Source: Caulobacteraceae bacterium
GTDB taxonomy: Bacteria; Pseudomonadota; Alphaproteobacteria; Caulobacterales; Caulobacteraceae
DNA length: 64,000 nucleotides
NCBI GenBank assembly: GCA_035604135.1
Contig: DATNJB010000085.1
Span: forward strand, 13,451 to 77,450
Direction of reading: 5' to 3'
A program made the translations under genes and the position numbers. This document shows, piece after piece, positions 50,553 to 59,005 of the stretch. The number at the start of each line of letters is the position of its first letter. The first letter of the stretch is position 1. The notes below the pieces were generated by a model that saw nothing but the letters and a program-made list of their open reading frames with translations, had not been told where the DNA came from and did no database searches.

Positions 50553-50687
50553 AATGCTTCCTCCACCAGCCTCTTTGCGGGCTTTCCGTTGGTTTAGAAG
50601 GCTATAGTTCACGCCGGCAATAGGGAAGGGACCTCGCCCGCGAGGCGGGAACGCGTCGGACTTCATTCGGTGGCAGAAAACCGCAGC

Positions 50688-51206
50688 ATGCCGTTCGTTG
50701 TCCGCCCGGGGCGTCATGGCGATGCCGAAGCGTTGCCGGATATCGAGCGCGACGCGGGTCGGCGCTTCGCCGCCATCCCTGATCTAGCCTGGATCGCAGG
50801 CGACGCTGTCATGTCAGCCGAGGCGCACGCGGCCGCCGTCATGGCCGGCGCGCTCTGGGTGGCCGAGGACGATCGCGGCGCGCTGGTCGGCTTCCTGGCG
50901 GCCGAAGGGGTCCCGGACGCCCTGCACATCTGGGAAATGGCGGTCAGGATCGACGCGCAGGGACAGGGCGTCGGCGGCCGCCTGCTCGCAGCCGCCGCCG
51001 ATCACGCTGGCCGGCTGGGCCTCCCCGCCGTGACGCTCACGACCTTTCGCGACGCGCCCTGGAACGCGCCCTTCTATGCCCGACACGGCTTCCGAATCCT
51101 CGAAGCCGACGAGCTCGGCCATCGCCTCGAGGCGGTGCTCAGCCAAGAAGCCGCGGCCGGCCTACCAGCCGATCGCCGTTGCGCAATGGCCATGCCTGTT
51201 CGCTAA
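50688..51206 (+). CDS. GNAT family N-acetyltransferase
   Basis: LHIWEMAV...QGQGVGGRLL, TLTTFRDAPWNAPFYAR.GF. Confidence 0.9.
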   Translation: MPFVVRPGRHGDAEALPDIERDAGRRFAAIPDLAWIAGDAVMSAEAHAAAVMAGALWVAEDDRGALVGFLAAEGVPDALHIWEMAVRIDAQGQGVGGRLLAAAADHAGRLGLPAVTLTTFRDAPWNAPFYARHGFRILEADELGHRLEAVLSQEAAAGLPADRRCAMAMPVR

Positions 51207-51243
51207 ACCAAACAGTTGACCATTCGGCCGGCGCTAGGCTATG

Positions 51244-51261
51244 CTCAACTCAATGGTTGAG
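51244..51261. promoter_or_regulatory. ArsR autoregulatory operator overlapping the start codon
   Basis: Perfect ctcaac-N6-gttgag palindrome spanning ATG 51253. Confidence 0.7.
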
Positions 51262-51615
51262 TTATCGCCGCCCGCCCTCGACTCCGTGTTTCACGCCCTG
51301 GCCGATCCCACGCGGCGGGCCATGCTCCGCAGTTTGGCGGCAGGGGAGCGCAATATCGGTGAGCTTGCGGCGCCGCATGCGATGTCGCTCGCAGCGGCGT
51401 CGAAGCACGTCAAGGTGCTGGAGCGCGCTGGACTGGTCCGCCGGCGGATCATGGGACGGAGCCACCTCTGCCGCATCGAGACGCGACCACTGGCAGCCGC
51501 CGACGACTGGCTGCGATTCTACCAACGGCTCTGGAGCCGGAGCTTCGACGCCCTCGACGACATCCTCTGCGAAGAACCGGCGCCAAGCGCCCGATCCGAC
51601 GGAGAAAGCTCATGA
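51253..51615 (+). CDS. ArsR/SmtB family transcriptional regulator
   Basis: VFHALADPTRRAML, SLAAASKHVKVLERAGLV.R..GR. Confidence 0.92.
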   Translation: MVELSPPALDSVFHALADPTRRAMLRSLAAGERNIGELAAPHAMSLAAASKHVKVLERAGLVRRRIMGRSHLCRIETRPLAAADDWLRFYQRLWSRSFDALDDILCEEPAPSARSDGESS

Positions 51616-52049
51616 CGGACGTTGTGCTTGAGACCTTGCGCCTCACGCGTCGCTTCGACTCCCCGCCGGAGCGAGTGTTCGACGCCTGGCTCAATCCGGA
51701 GGTGGCCGCACGCTGGCTATTCACCACGCCCGGCAGCGAACGCCACACCACCGCGCTCGACGTCCGCGTCGGAGGCGCCTGGAAGATGACCGACCGTCGC
51801 GACGGCGTCGACTACACCGCGCTCGGCGAGTACCGCGTCATCGACCGGCCGCGGCGGCTCGTCTTCTCGTTCGGCATGCCCCAGTTCTCGCCCGAGTTCG
51901 CCGAAGTCACAGTGGAGTTCGCGCCGGACGGGGACGGCTGCCTGATGACGCTGTCGCAAGACCGCGTGCATACGGACAGCATCGGGCCTCTTACGGCGGG
52001 CTGGGCGGCAATGTTCGACGCGCTCGCGGGCCTTGTTGCGGCGGCGTAA
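51612..52049 (+). CDS. SRPBCC/AHSA1 domain protein
   Basis: TRRFDSPPERVFDAW, DVRVGG, G.Y..IDRP.RLVFS, GWAAMFD. Confidence 0.88.
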   Translation: MTDVVLETLRLTRRFDSPPERVFDAWLNPEVAARWLFTTPGSERHTTALDVRVGGAWKMTDRRDGVDYTALGEYRVIDRPRRLVFSFGMPQFSPEFAEVTVEFAPDGDGCLMTLSQDRVHTDSIGPLTAGWAAMFDALAGLVAAA

Positions 52050-52086
52050 CGCGGTCGCGGTTGATCTGGACGGCGCAAGTCCTAAA

Positions 52087-52114
52087 GCTTGCCCCCGTCG
52101 CGCCGGGGGCAAGC
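52087..52114. terminator. Perfect 11-bp hairpin between the SRPBCC and TIR genes
   Basis: gcttgcccccg-tcgcgc-cgggggcaagc, ending just before ATG 52116. Confidence 0.5.
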
Positions 52115-52115
52115 G

Positions 52116-53135
52116 ATGCAGCACGTTCTGGTCTCATACAAACGCGAGGACGAGCCCAGGGTCGCGCGCCTGATCCGGGCGCTGCAACACCACGGCCTGA
52201 CCATCTGGTGGGATCAGGGGTTGCCGGGCGGCGAGGAGTGGCGCGCCAACATCGAAAAAGCCCTGACCGAGGCGGGGTGCGTGGTGGTGGTCTGGAGCCA
52301 TGGCTCGGTCGGGCCGGAGGGTGAGTTCGTCCGCGACGAGGCGGCGCGCGCCAAGGGCAGGGGGATACTGGTCCCGGTTCGGCTCGACAAAGTGATGCCG
52401 CCGCTGGGATTCGGCGAGATCCAGGCGGTCGATCTGTCCGGGTGGCGCGGCAACCCGAACGACCCCTCCGTGCGCGACCTGGTCGAGGCTGTGAAGGCCA
52501 AGCTGGAAGGCCGCGCCGCCCCGCCGGCCAAGGCGCCGGGCCGCCGCCTGCTTCGCCGCGCCGCGATCGGAACCAGTTCGACGGCGCTCCTGATGAGCGC
52601 GCTGGCCTTCGCCGGCAACATGTTCGCCACCCAGGATCGGTTCTGCACCATTCCGATCGCCCAGCCGGGGTTGTCGGACGCGTGCGGGGCCGTCCACGTC
52701 GGCGGGCGGCCGAGTTATGCCGAGCGCATCGCGTGGGCCAAGCGGCGGCCGGGCAGCTGCGGCGACCTGCAGGCGATCATCAAGGACTTCCCCGACGGGG
52801 CCTATCGTTCCAAGGCCGCCGATCTCTTGCAAGCGGCCGCGGTGAGCAGCGCCTCGCCGTTCGCGTCCGACCCGCGCACGACACGCGGCTACGTCCGCCA
52901 GTCGATGACCGGGTTCGCCAGCGCGGCCGCCGCTCAGGCCGACGCCAAGACCCGCGCCGTAGAGGACGCCAAGCAGACCACCTGCGCGCCGGTCGACGCC
53001 AACGAGCGCTTGGACGGCGTCGAGATCACGAGCACGACCTTCGACTGCCGGCCCTCGCCGCTGGGCGGAACCGTCTGCGCGGCCGACTATGTGGCCACCT
53101 GCCAGCTCGAGGCGCGCCAGGCGGTCTGCGGCTGA
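52116..53135 (+). CDS. TIR-domain protein with a TM segment and Cys-rich C-terminal domain
   Basis: VSYKRED, WWDQ.LPGG..W, VVVVWS..SV, FVRDEA, LVPVRLD; hydrophobic stretch then 8 Cys. Confidence 0.85.
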   Translation: MQHVLVSYKREDEPRVARLIRALQHHGLTIWWDQGLPGGEEWRANIEKALTEAGCVVVVWSHGSVGPEGEFVRDEAARAKGRGILVPVRLDKVMPPLGFGEIQAVDLSGWRGNPNDPSVRDLVEAVKAKLEGRAAPPAKAPGRRLLRRAAIGTSSTALLMSALAFAGNMFATQDRFCTIPIAQPGLSDACGAVHVGGRPSYAERIAWAKRRPGSCGDLQAIIKDFPDGAYRSKAADLLQAAAVSSASPFASDPRTTRGYVRQSMTGFASAAAAQADAKTRAVEDAKQTTCAPVDANERLDGVEITSTTFDCRPSPLGGTVCAADYVATCQLEARQAVCG

Positions 53136-53174
53136 TCGCTTGATCGCGTGAACGCGAAGGCCGATCTAACGCCC

Positions 53175-54125
53175 ATGACCACGGTCATCGATTCACGCGC
53201 GCTCAGGCATCCCGAGAAGCGCGAGCGGCCGGAGACGCCATTGTTGCGCAAGCCGCCGTGGCTGCGCGTGCGGGCGCCCGGCTCTGCCGGCTACATCGCC
53301 ACCCGCGCGATCGTTAAGGCGAATGGGCTGGCGACCGTCTGCGAGGAGGCGGCCTGCCCGAACATCGGCGAGTGCTGGTCTGTCGGCCACGCCACGATGA
53401 TGATCATGGGCGAGGTTTGCACGCGGGCCTGCGCCTTCTGCAACGTGGCGACGGGTCTGCCCGGACCGCTCGATCCGACCGAGCCCGAGCGTGTGGGCCG
53501 CGCCGTCGCGCAGATGGGCTTGAGCCACGTCGTCATCACCTCGGTCGATCGCGACGACATCGACGACGGCGGGGCCGAGCACTTTGCGGCGGTGGTCCGG
53601 GCCATCCGCGCGGCGGCGCCGGCGGCGACCATCGAGGTCCTTACCCCCGACTTCCTGCGCAAGGGCGACGCCGGCGACCGGGTGATCGACGCCAGGCCCG
53701 ACGTGTTCAACCACAACCTCGAAACCGTGCCGCGGCTCTACCTCCCGATCCGCCCAGGCGCGCGCTACTACGCCTCGTTACGGCTGCTCGAGCGGGTCAA
53801 GACCCGGGATCCGGCCATGTTCACGAAGTCCGGGCTGATGGTGGGTCTCGGCGAGGCGAAGAGCGAGGTGATTCAGGTCATGGACGACATGCGCGTCGCC
53901 GGCGTCGATTTCCTCACCATCGGCCAGTACCTGCAGCCGACGCGCCGCCACGCCGCGATCGAGCGGTTCGTCACGCCGGAGGAGTTCGCCGGCTATGCGG
54001 CGATCGCGCGCGCGAAGGGCTTCCTGATGGTCTCGGCGAGCCCGCTGACGCGCTCCTCGCACCACGCCGGCGAGGACTTCGCCAAGCTGAGGGCCGCTCG
54101 CGCGGCTCAAGGGCCAGGGCGCTAG
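53175..54125 (+). CDS. lipA: Lipoyl synthase
   Basis: [34 protein letters not shown]; alternative GTG start at 53148. Confidence 0.97.
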   Translation: MTTVIDSRALRHPEKRERPETPLLRKPPWLRVRAPGSAGYIATRAIVKANGLATVCEEAACPNIGECWSVGHATMMIMGEVCTRACAFCNVATGLPGPLDPTEPERVGRAVAQMGLSHVVITSVDRDDIDDGGAEHFAAVVRAIRAAAPAATIEVLTPDFLRKGDAGDRVIDARPDVFNHNLETVPRLYLPIRPGARYYASLRLLERVKTRDPAMFTKSGLMVGLGEAKSEVIQVMDDMRVAGVDFLTIGQYLQPTRRHAAIERFVTPEEFAGYAAIARAKGFLMVSASPLTRSSHHAGEDFAKLRAARAAQGPGR

Positions 54126-54130
54126 CGCCG

Positions 54131-54583
54131 TTGCGCCACCGCCTGACGCGGGTCCTTCCTTACGCGCCCGAGCAGCTGTTCCAGCTGGTGGGCGAGGTCG
54201 AACGGTATCCTGAGTTCGTGCCCTGGATCACCCGTATGCGCCTCTTCAACCCGCGCGAGGTCGCGCCCGGCGTCGACGAACTGGACGCCGAAGCTTCGGT
54301 GAGCTTCGCCTTTCTGACCGAGCGGTTTTCGACGCGGGTGCGCAGAGACGCCCCCGCCGCTGAGATCGGCGTCGGCCTGATCCGTGGGCCGTTCCGCAAG
54401 CTAAAAAACCGCTGGCGGTTTACGCCGCAAGGCGCTGGAACACTGGTCGAATTCGAGATCGACTTCGAGTTCAGCTCGCGCCTGCTCGATGCGTTGCTGC
54501 GCGCAAATGTCGGTTACGCCATGAACCGCCTGATCGGCTGTTTCGAAGAGCGGGCGCGGGCCCTCTACGGATCCTCGACCTAG
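54131..54583 (+). CDS. ratA: RatA/Coq10-like START-domain protein
   Basis: LPYAPEQLF.LV.EVERYPEFVPW, GPFRKL.N.W.F, FEERA; follows lipA. Confidence 0.85.
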   Translation: MRHRLTRVLPYAPEQLFQLVGEVERYPEFVPWITRMRLFNPREVAPGVDELDAEASVSFAFLTERFSTRVRRDAPAAEIGVGLIRGPFRKLKNRWRFTPQGAGTLVEFEIDFEFSSRLLDALLRANVGYAMNRLIGCFEERARALYGSST

Positions 54584-55071
54584 CGCATCCGGTCGCGGAG
54601 CATTTCCAGCGCGATCTCGACGGCGGCGAGCTGGATTTCGTTGCGGCCGATGTCGCCGAACCGCTCGACGCGGTGCATGATCGACTGGTTCGCCCGGGCC
54701 GTGGCGAAGTGGACCAGGCCAACGGGCTTCAGCGCGGTGCCGCCGTCGGGGCCGGCCACGCCGGTGATGGCGATCGCGACGTGGGCGTTCGAGTTCTCGA
54801 GCGCGCCTTCCGCCATCATGCGGACCACCGGCTCGGAGACCGCGCCTACGTCGGCGATCATGTCGCCGGGGATGCTGAGCAGGTCCTGTTTCGCGCGGTT
54901 CGAATAGGTGACCAGGCCTCGATCGAAGACGGCCGACGAGCCGGGAATGGCCGTGATAGCAGCCGATAGCAACCCGCCGGTGCAGCTCTCCGCCGCCACG
55001 ATCCGAAGGTTCCGCTCGCGCGCCTCATCGATCAAGAGGCGCGCGTTGGTCTCGATCTCCAGTGAAAACAT
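54580..55071 (-). CDS. CinA C-terminal family (NMN deamidase PncC-like)
   Basis: AESCTGGLL, TYSNRAK, GAVSE, TGVAGPDGG. Confidence 0.92.
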   Translation of the reverse strand: MFSLEIETNARLLIDEARERNLRIVAAESCTGGLLSAAITAIPGSSAVFDRGLVTYSNRAKQDLLSIPGDMIADVGAVSEPVVRMMAEGALENSNAHVAIAITGVAGPDGGTALKPVGLVHFATARANQSIMHRVERFGDIGRNEIQLAAVEIALEMLRDRMR

Positions 55072-55128
55072 TCGCGCGTCCCTTCCGCTCGATCGCCGCC
55101 CTCGAAGGCCAACATTCGCGCCAGGCCG

Positions 55129-56283
55129 TCAAGCCGGCAGTTGGACGACCGCGAGCGCTTGCGCCGCCAGGCCCTCGCGACGACCGGTGAAGCCCATCTG
55201 CTCGGTCGTCGTCGCCTTCACGCTGACTGCATCCAGCGGCAGGTCGAGCAGCGCGGACAGCCGCTCGCGCATCGCCTGGCGGTAGGGCGAGAGTCGGGGC
55301 TGCTCGCAGATCAGCGTCACGTCGACGTTCACCACCGCTCCGCCGCGGGCCTGCACCCTCGCCATCGCATCGGCAAGGAAGACGGCCGAGTCGGCGTCGC
55401 GCCAGCGAGAGTCCGAGGCCGGGAAATGCTCGCCGATGTCGCCGTCCCCGATGGCGCCGAGCAGCGCGTCGGTCAGCGCATGCAGGCCGGCGTCCGCATC
55501 GGAGTGGCCGATCAGCGCCTGGCCGTGCGGGATGCGCACGCCGCAAAGGGTGACGTGGTCGCCCGGGCCGAACCGGTGGGCATCGAACCCATGGCCGACG
55601 CGCGTGACCGAGGCCGAGCGGGCGAGCGCTTCGGCCATGGTGAAGTCCTCCGGGTAGGTCAGTTTCATCAGCATCGGGTCGCCGGGCGCGAGCACGACGC
55701 TGCCGCCGGCCCGCTCGACCACCTGCGCGTCGTCGGTCGGTTCGCCGTCGCCCGGTTCCCAGGCGGCGTAGGCGTCACGGAGCGCGCCCAACCGGAACGC
55801 CTGCGGCGTCTGCGCCCGATTGAGGCCCTCCCGCGCGGCTGTGCTCGTCTCGCCCGTGGCGTTTGCGCGCTTCAGCGTGTCGGAGACCGGCAGCGCCGGC
55901 ACGGCGCCATCCGCGTGCTCGAGCGCATCGAGCAGCGCTCGGACATGCCGCTCGGCCACGAACGGCCGCGCCGCGTCGTGCACGAGCACTGCACTGGCGG
56001 CCGGCGCGTCCGACAGCGCCGCCAACCCCGCGCGGACCGACTGCGCGCGGGTGGCGCCGCCGATCACGACGGCGCAGGTCTCGGGCGAGCCGGCGACCTC
56101 GGCGGCGAGGGCCTCGTCCTCAGGCGCGACCACCAGCACGACCCGGCCCGCGCCGGCGGCGCTGAGCGCGTCGAGCGACCAGCGCGCCACCGCGCGGCCG
56201 CCTAGGCGGCGCCATGGCTTACGCGGGCCAGCTCCGGCGCGCGAGCTCGCGCCCGCCGCCACGATCACGGCGCTCCATTCCAT
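55129..56283 (-). CDS. ispDF: Bifunctional IspD/IspF
   Basis: IVAAGASSR, LVHDAARP, AQTPQAF; GHGFDAHR, GHSDAD, SVKATTTE.MGFTGR.EG. Confidence 0.95.
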   Translation of the reverse strand: MEWSAVIVAAGASSRAGAGPRKPWRRLGGRAVARWSLDALSAAGAGRVVLVVAPEDEALAAEVAGSPETCAVVIGGATRAQSVRAGLAALSDAPAASAVLVHDAARPFVAERHVRALLDALEHADGAVPALPVSDTLKRANATGETSTAAREGLNRAQTPQAFRLGALRDAYAAWEPGDGEPTDDAQVVERAGGSVVLAPGDPMLMKLTYPEDFTMAEALARSASVTRVGHGFDAHRFGPGDHVTLCGVRIPHGQALIGHSDADAGLHALTDALLGAIGDGDIGEHFPASDSRWRDADSAVFLADAMARVQARGGAVVNVDVTLICEQPRLSPYRQAMRERLSALLDLPLDAVSVKATTTEQMGFTGRREGLAAQALAVVQLPA

Positions 56284-56341
56284 CAGCCTCTCTCTCGGCG
56301 CAGGGCGCCCCGATGTCCAGACTGGACGAGGGCCTCGTTCT

Positions 56342-56382
56342 TGCCTAAAAGTTGGTCGAACGGAGTGTCTAAAATTTGTGCA
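56342..56382. promoter_or_regulatory. Tandem NtrC-like boxes upstream of ntrB
   Basis: tgcctaaaagttggtcg (56342) and tgtctaaaatttgtgca (56366): 17-bp AT-centred sites resembling TGCNY-N7-RNGCA. Confidence 0.55.
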
Positions 56383-56385
56383 ACG

Positions 56386-57519
56386 ATGACAGTAGCGCGA
56401 CGGCCGGCCGCGAACTCGATAGTCGCTGACGGCGGCTCAGCGATGGAGTCGCTTCGGGCGGCGGCGTTCGAGCTCGGGCCTGATCCCGCCTTCATCCTGG
56501 AGCCGGACGGTGGCCTCGGCGCCGCCAACGCAGCGGCGGAGCGGCTCTTCGGCCAGAGCCTTTCAGTGCTCAACAGCGCACGCTTCCGCGACCTTCTGCC
56601 GGTCGGCTCGCCGCTCGATGCGCTCCTGGCCCGCGCGGCGGAGGAACAGGCCCAGGTGCGCGAGCACGACCTGGTGATCTCGCTGTTCGGAATGCCGCCG
56701 TTCGAGGCGGACGGGGCGGCCGCCCCGTTGGAAGGCGGCGCGATGCTGCTGACCCTGCAGGTGCGCGGCGCCGGCTTGGGCGCCGAGCGCGGCGTCGACG
56801 GGCCGGGGTTGCGCTCGGTGATCGGGCTCGGCCGCATGCTCGCGCACGAGATCAAGAATCCGCTCGCGGGCATAAGGGGCGCCGCGCAACTCCTGAAGTC
56901 TGGCCTGAAGGCCGAGGACGCGTCGCTGGCGCAGCTGATCGTCGATGAGACCGAGCGGATCCGCCGGCTCGTCGACCGCATGGAGGCCTTCTCGGACGAA
57001 GTGAGCCCGGTGCGCGCGCCGGTGAACATCCATCAGGTGCTCGACCGGGTGCGGGCGTTGGCGGCCAACGGCGTCGCCGAGGGACTCGAGCTGCGCGAGG
57101 CGTACGACCCCTCGCTGCCCGCCGCGCTCGGGGACGAAGACATGCTGATCCAGGTCTTCCTCAACCTGGTGAAGAACGCCGCCGAAGCAGCCCACGCGCG
57201 CGGGGACGGGCGCGGCGAGGTGGTCATTTCCACCGCCTACCGCCACGGCGTGAGGGTGCGCGTGGGGGAGGGCATGGGTTGGCGCGCAACGCCACTCGAG
57301 GTGCGTGTGCAGGACAATGGGCCTGGCGTGCCCGCGCGGCTGCGCGAACATCTCTTCGAGCCCTTTGTCACCTCGAAAAGCTTCGGTGCGGGGCTCGGGT
57401 TGGCGCTTGTCTCAAAACTGGTCGCCGCCCAGGGCGGGTTGATCGATTTCGAGTCAGAGCCGGGGCGAACCGTCTTCAGGGTCCTGCTGCCGATCGAAAC
57501 CACCGCGGCCAACGGATAA
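56386..57519 (+). CDS. ntrB: Nitrogen regulation sensor kinase NtrB
   Basis: PAS-like N-terminus, LAHEIKNPLAGIRGAAQLL, VFLNLVKNAAEA, DNGPG, G.GLGL. Confidence 0.93.
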   Translation: MTVARRPAANSIVADGGSAMESLRAAAFELGPDPAFILEPDGGLGAANAAAERLFGQSLSVLNSARFRDLLPVGSPLDALLARAAEEQAQVREHDLVISLFGMPPFEADGAAAPLEGGAMLLTLQVRGAGLGAERGVDGPGLRSVIGLGRMLAHEIKNPLAGIRGAAQLLKSGLKAEDASLAQLIVDETERIRRLVDRMEAFSDEVSPVRAPVNIHQVLDRVRALAANGVAEGLELREAYDPSLPAALGDEDMLIQVFLNLVKNAAEAAHARGDGRGEVVISTAYRHGVRVRVGEGMGWRATPLEVRVQDNGPGVPARLREHLFEPFVTSKSFGAGLGLALVSKLVAAQGGLIDFESEPGRTVFRVLLPIETTAANG

Positions 57520-57531
57520 GGGCGACTGAGC

Positions 57532-58950
57532 ATGACGGTTCAACACAAGATCCTCATTGCAGACGACGACGCCTCGATCCGGCTCGTCCTGAGCCAGGCC
57601 TTCGGCCGGCTGGGCTACCAAGTCCGCGCCACCGGCAACGCGGCGACCCTGCTGAAGTGGGTTTCGGAAGGCGAAGGCGACTTGGTGATCACCGACGTCG
57701 TCATGCCGGACGAGAACGTGTTCGAAGTCCTTCCGCGCATCCGCAAGCAACGCCCGAAGCTGCCGGTGATCGTGATGAGCGCTCAAAACACCCTGCTCAC
57801 CGCCGTCAACGCCGCCGAGATCGGCGCGTTCGAGTACGTGCCCAAGCCGTTCGACCTCGACGACATGACCGCCGCCGCCAAACGCGCGCTGGCGCGGCCG
57901 GTCGACGCCGAGGCGAACAAGGCGCAAGCGCGGGCCATGCGCGACGAGCGGCTGCCGCTGATCGGCCGCTCCGCCCCGATGCAGGAGGTTTACCGCACGA
58001 TCGCGCGCCTGGTGGGCGCGGACCTGACCGTCCTGATCCTGGGCGAGTCCGGTACGGGCAAGGAGCTGGTGGCTCGCGCGCTGCACGATCTCGGGCCGAG
58101 GCGGGACGGCCGCTTCGCCGTCGTGAACCTCGCCGCCGTCCCGCGCGAGCGGGTCGAGGCCGAGTTGTTCGGCAAGGGCGAGGGGGACGTCGGCAAGCTG
58201 GTCGAAGCCGATGGCGGCACGCTCTTCCTCGACGAGGTCGGCGACATGCCCCTCGACGCCCAGACGCGGCTGTCGCGCATCATCGACGGCTCGGAAGCGG
58301 CGACCAATCCGCGCACGGGCCGCCGGCCAAACGTGCGGATCATCGCCGCCACCAACCGCGATCTCCGCGCCCTCATCCGCGAGGGCCTGTTCCGCGAAGA
58401 CCTGTTCTTCCGCCTGAACGTGGCGCGCATTCGCCTGCCGCCGCTGCGCGATCGCACCGAGGACATCCCGGATCTGGCCCGCGCGTTCTTGCTCCGCGCG
58501 AACCGCGAGGGGCTGCCGGCCAAGGCGATCGACGCTGCCGCCCTCGAGCGGCTGAAGGCGTACGAGTGGCCCGGCAACGTGCGCGAGCTGGAGAACCTCA
58601 TCCGCCGCATCTGCGCCCTCTACGCCGAGGATCTGATCACGGCGCGCATCGTCGAGCGCGAGCTGCAGGATCAGAGCACCGCGCCCACCGAGCCCGGCGG
58701 CCCCATCACCCTGTCGGGGCTGGTCGAGCGCCACCTTGCGCAGAGCTTCGCCGACCAGCCCGACGGCGTGCCGCCAGCCGGCCTCTACGATCGCGTGCTG
58801 CATGAGGTGGAACGGCCGCTGATCAGCCTCACGCTTGCGGCCACCCGTGGCAATCAGGTTCGGGCGGCCGAGATCCTCGGCCTCAACCGCAACACGTTAC
58901 GCAAGAAGATCCAGGACCTGGGGTTGGAGGTCAGCCGCGGCCGGCGGTGA
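57532..58950 (+). CDS. ntrC: Nitrogen regulation protein NtrC (lacks GAFTGA)
   Basis: REC domain, [48 protein letters not shown]. Confidence 0.95.
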   Translation: MTVQHKILIADDDASIRLVLSQAFGRLGYQVRATGNAATLLKWVSEGEGDLVITDVVMPDENVFEVLPRIRKQRPKLPVIVMSAQNTLLTAVNAAEIGAFEYVPKPFDLDDMTAAAKRALARPVDAEANKAQARAMRDERLPLIGRSAPMQEVYRTIARLVGADLTVLILGESGTGKELVARALHDLGPRRDGRFAVVNLAAVPRERVEAELFGKGEGDVGKLVEADGGTLFLDEVGDMPLDAQTRLSRIIDGSEAATNPRTGRRPNVRIIAATNRDLRALIREGLFREDLFFRLNVARIRLPPLRDRTEDIPDLARAFLLRANREGLPAKAIDAAALERLKAYEWPGNVRELENLIRRICALYAEDLITARIVERELQDQSTAPTEPGGPITLSGLVERHLAQSFADQPDGVPPAGLYDRVLHEVERPLISLTLAATRGNQVRAAEILGLNRNTLRKKIQDLGLEVSRGRR

Positions 58951-59005
58951 TGAATCCGCAACAACCCTGTTGAAATTGGGGCACAGTCCCTCGTAGCTTC
59001 CGGCC

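Noticed and set aside
52087-52114. Hairpin as a mobile-element end
   Set aside because: No partner repeat at the other end of the TIR gene; better explained as a terminator or translational hairpin
58950-59005. caaca-accc-tgttg palindrome upstream of ntrY as a regulator site
   Set aside because: Only 5-bp arms; not enough to call without footprint or conservation data
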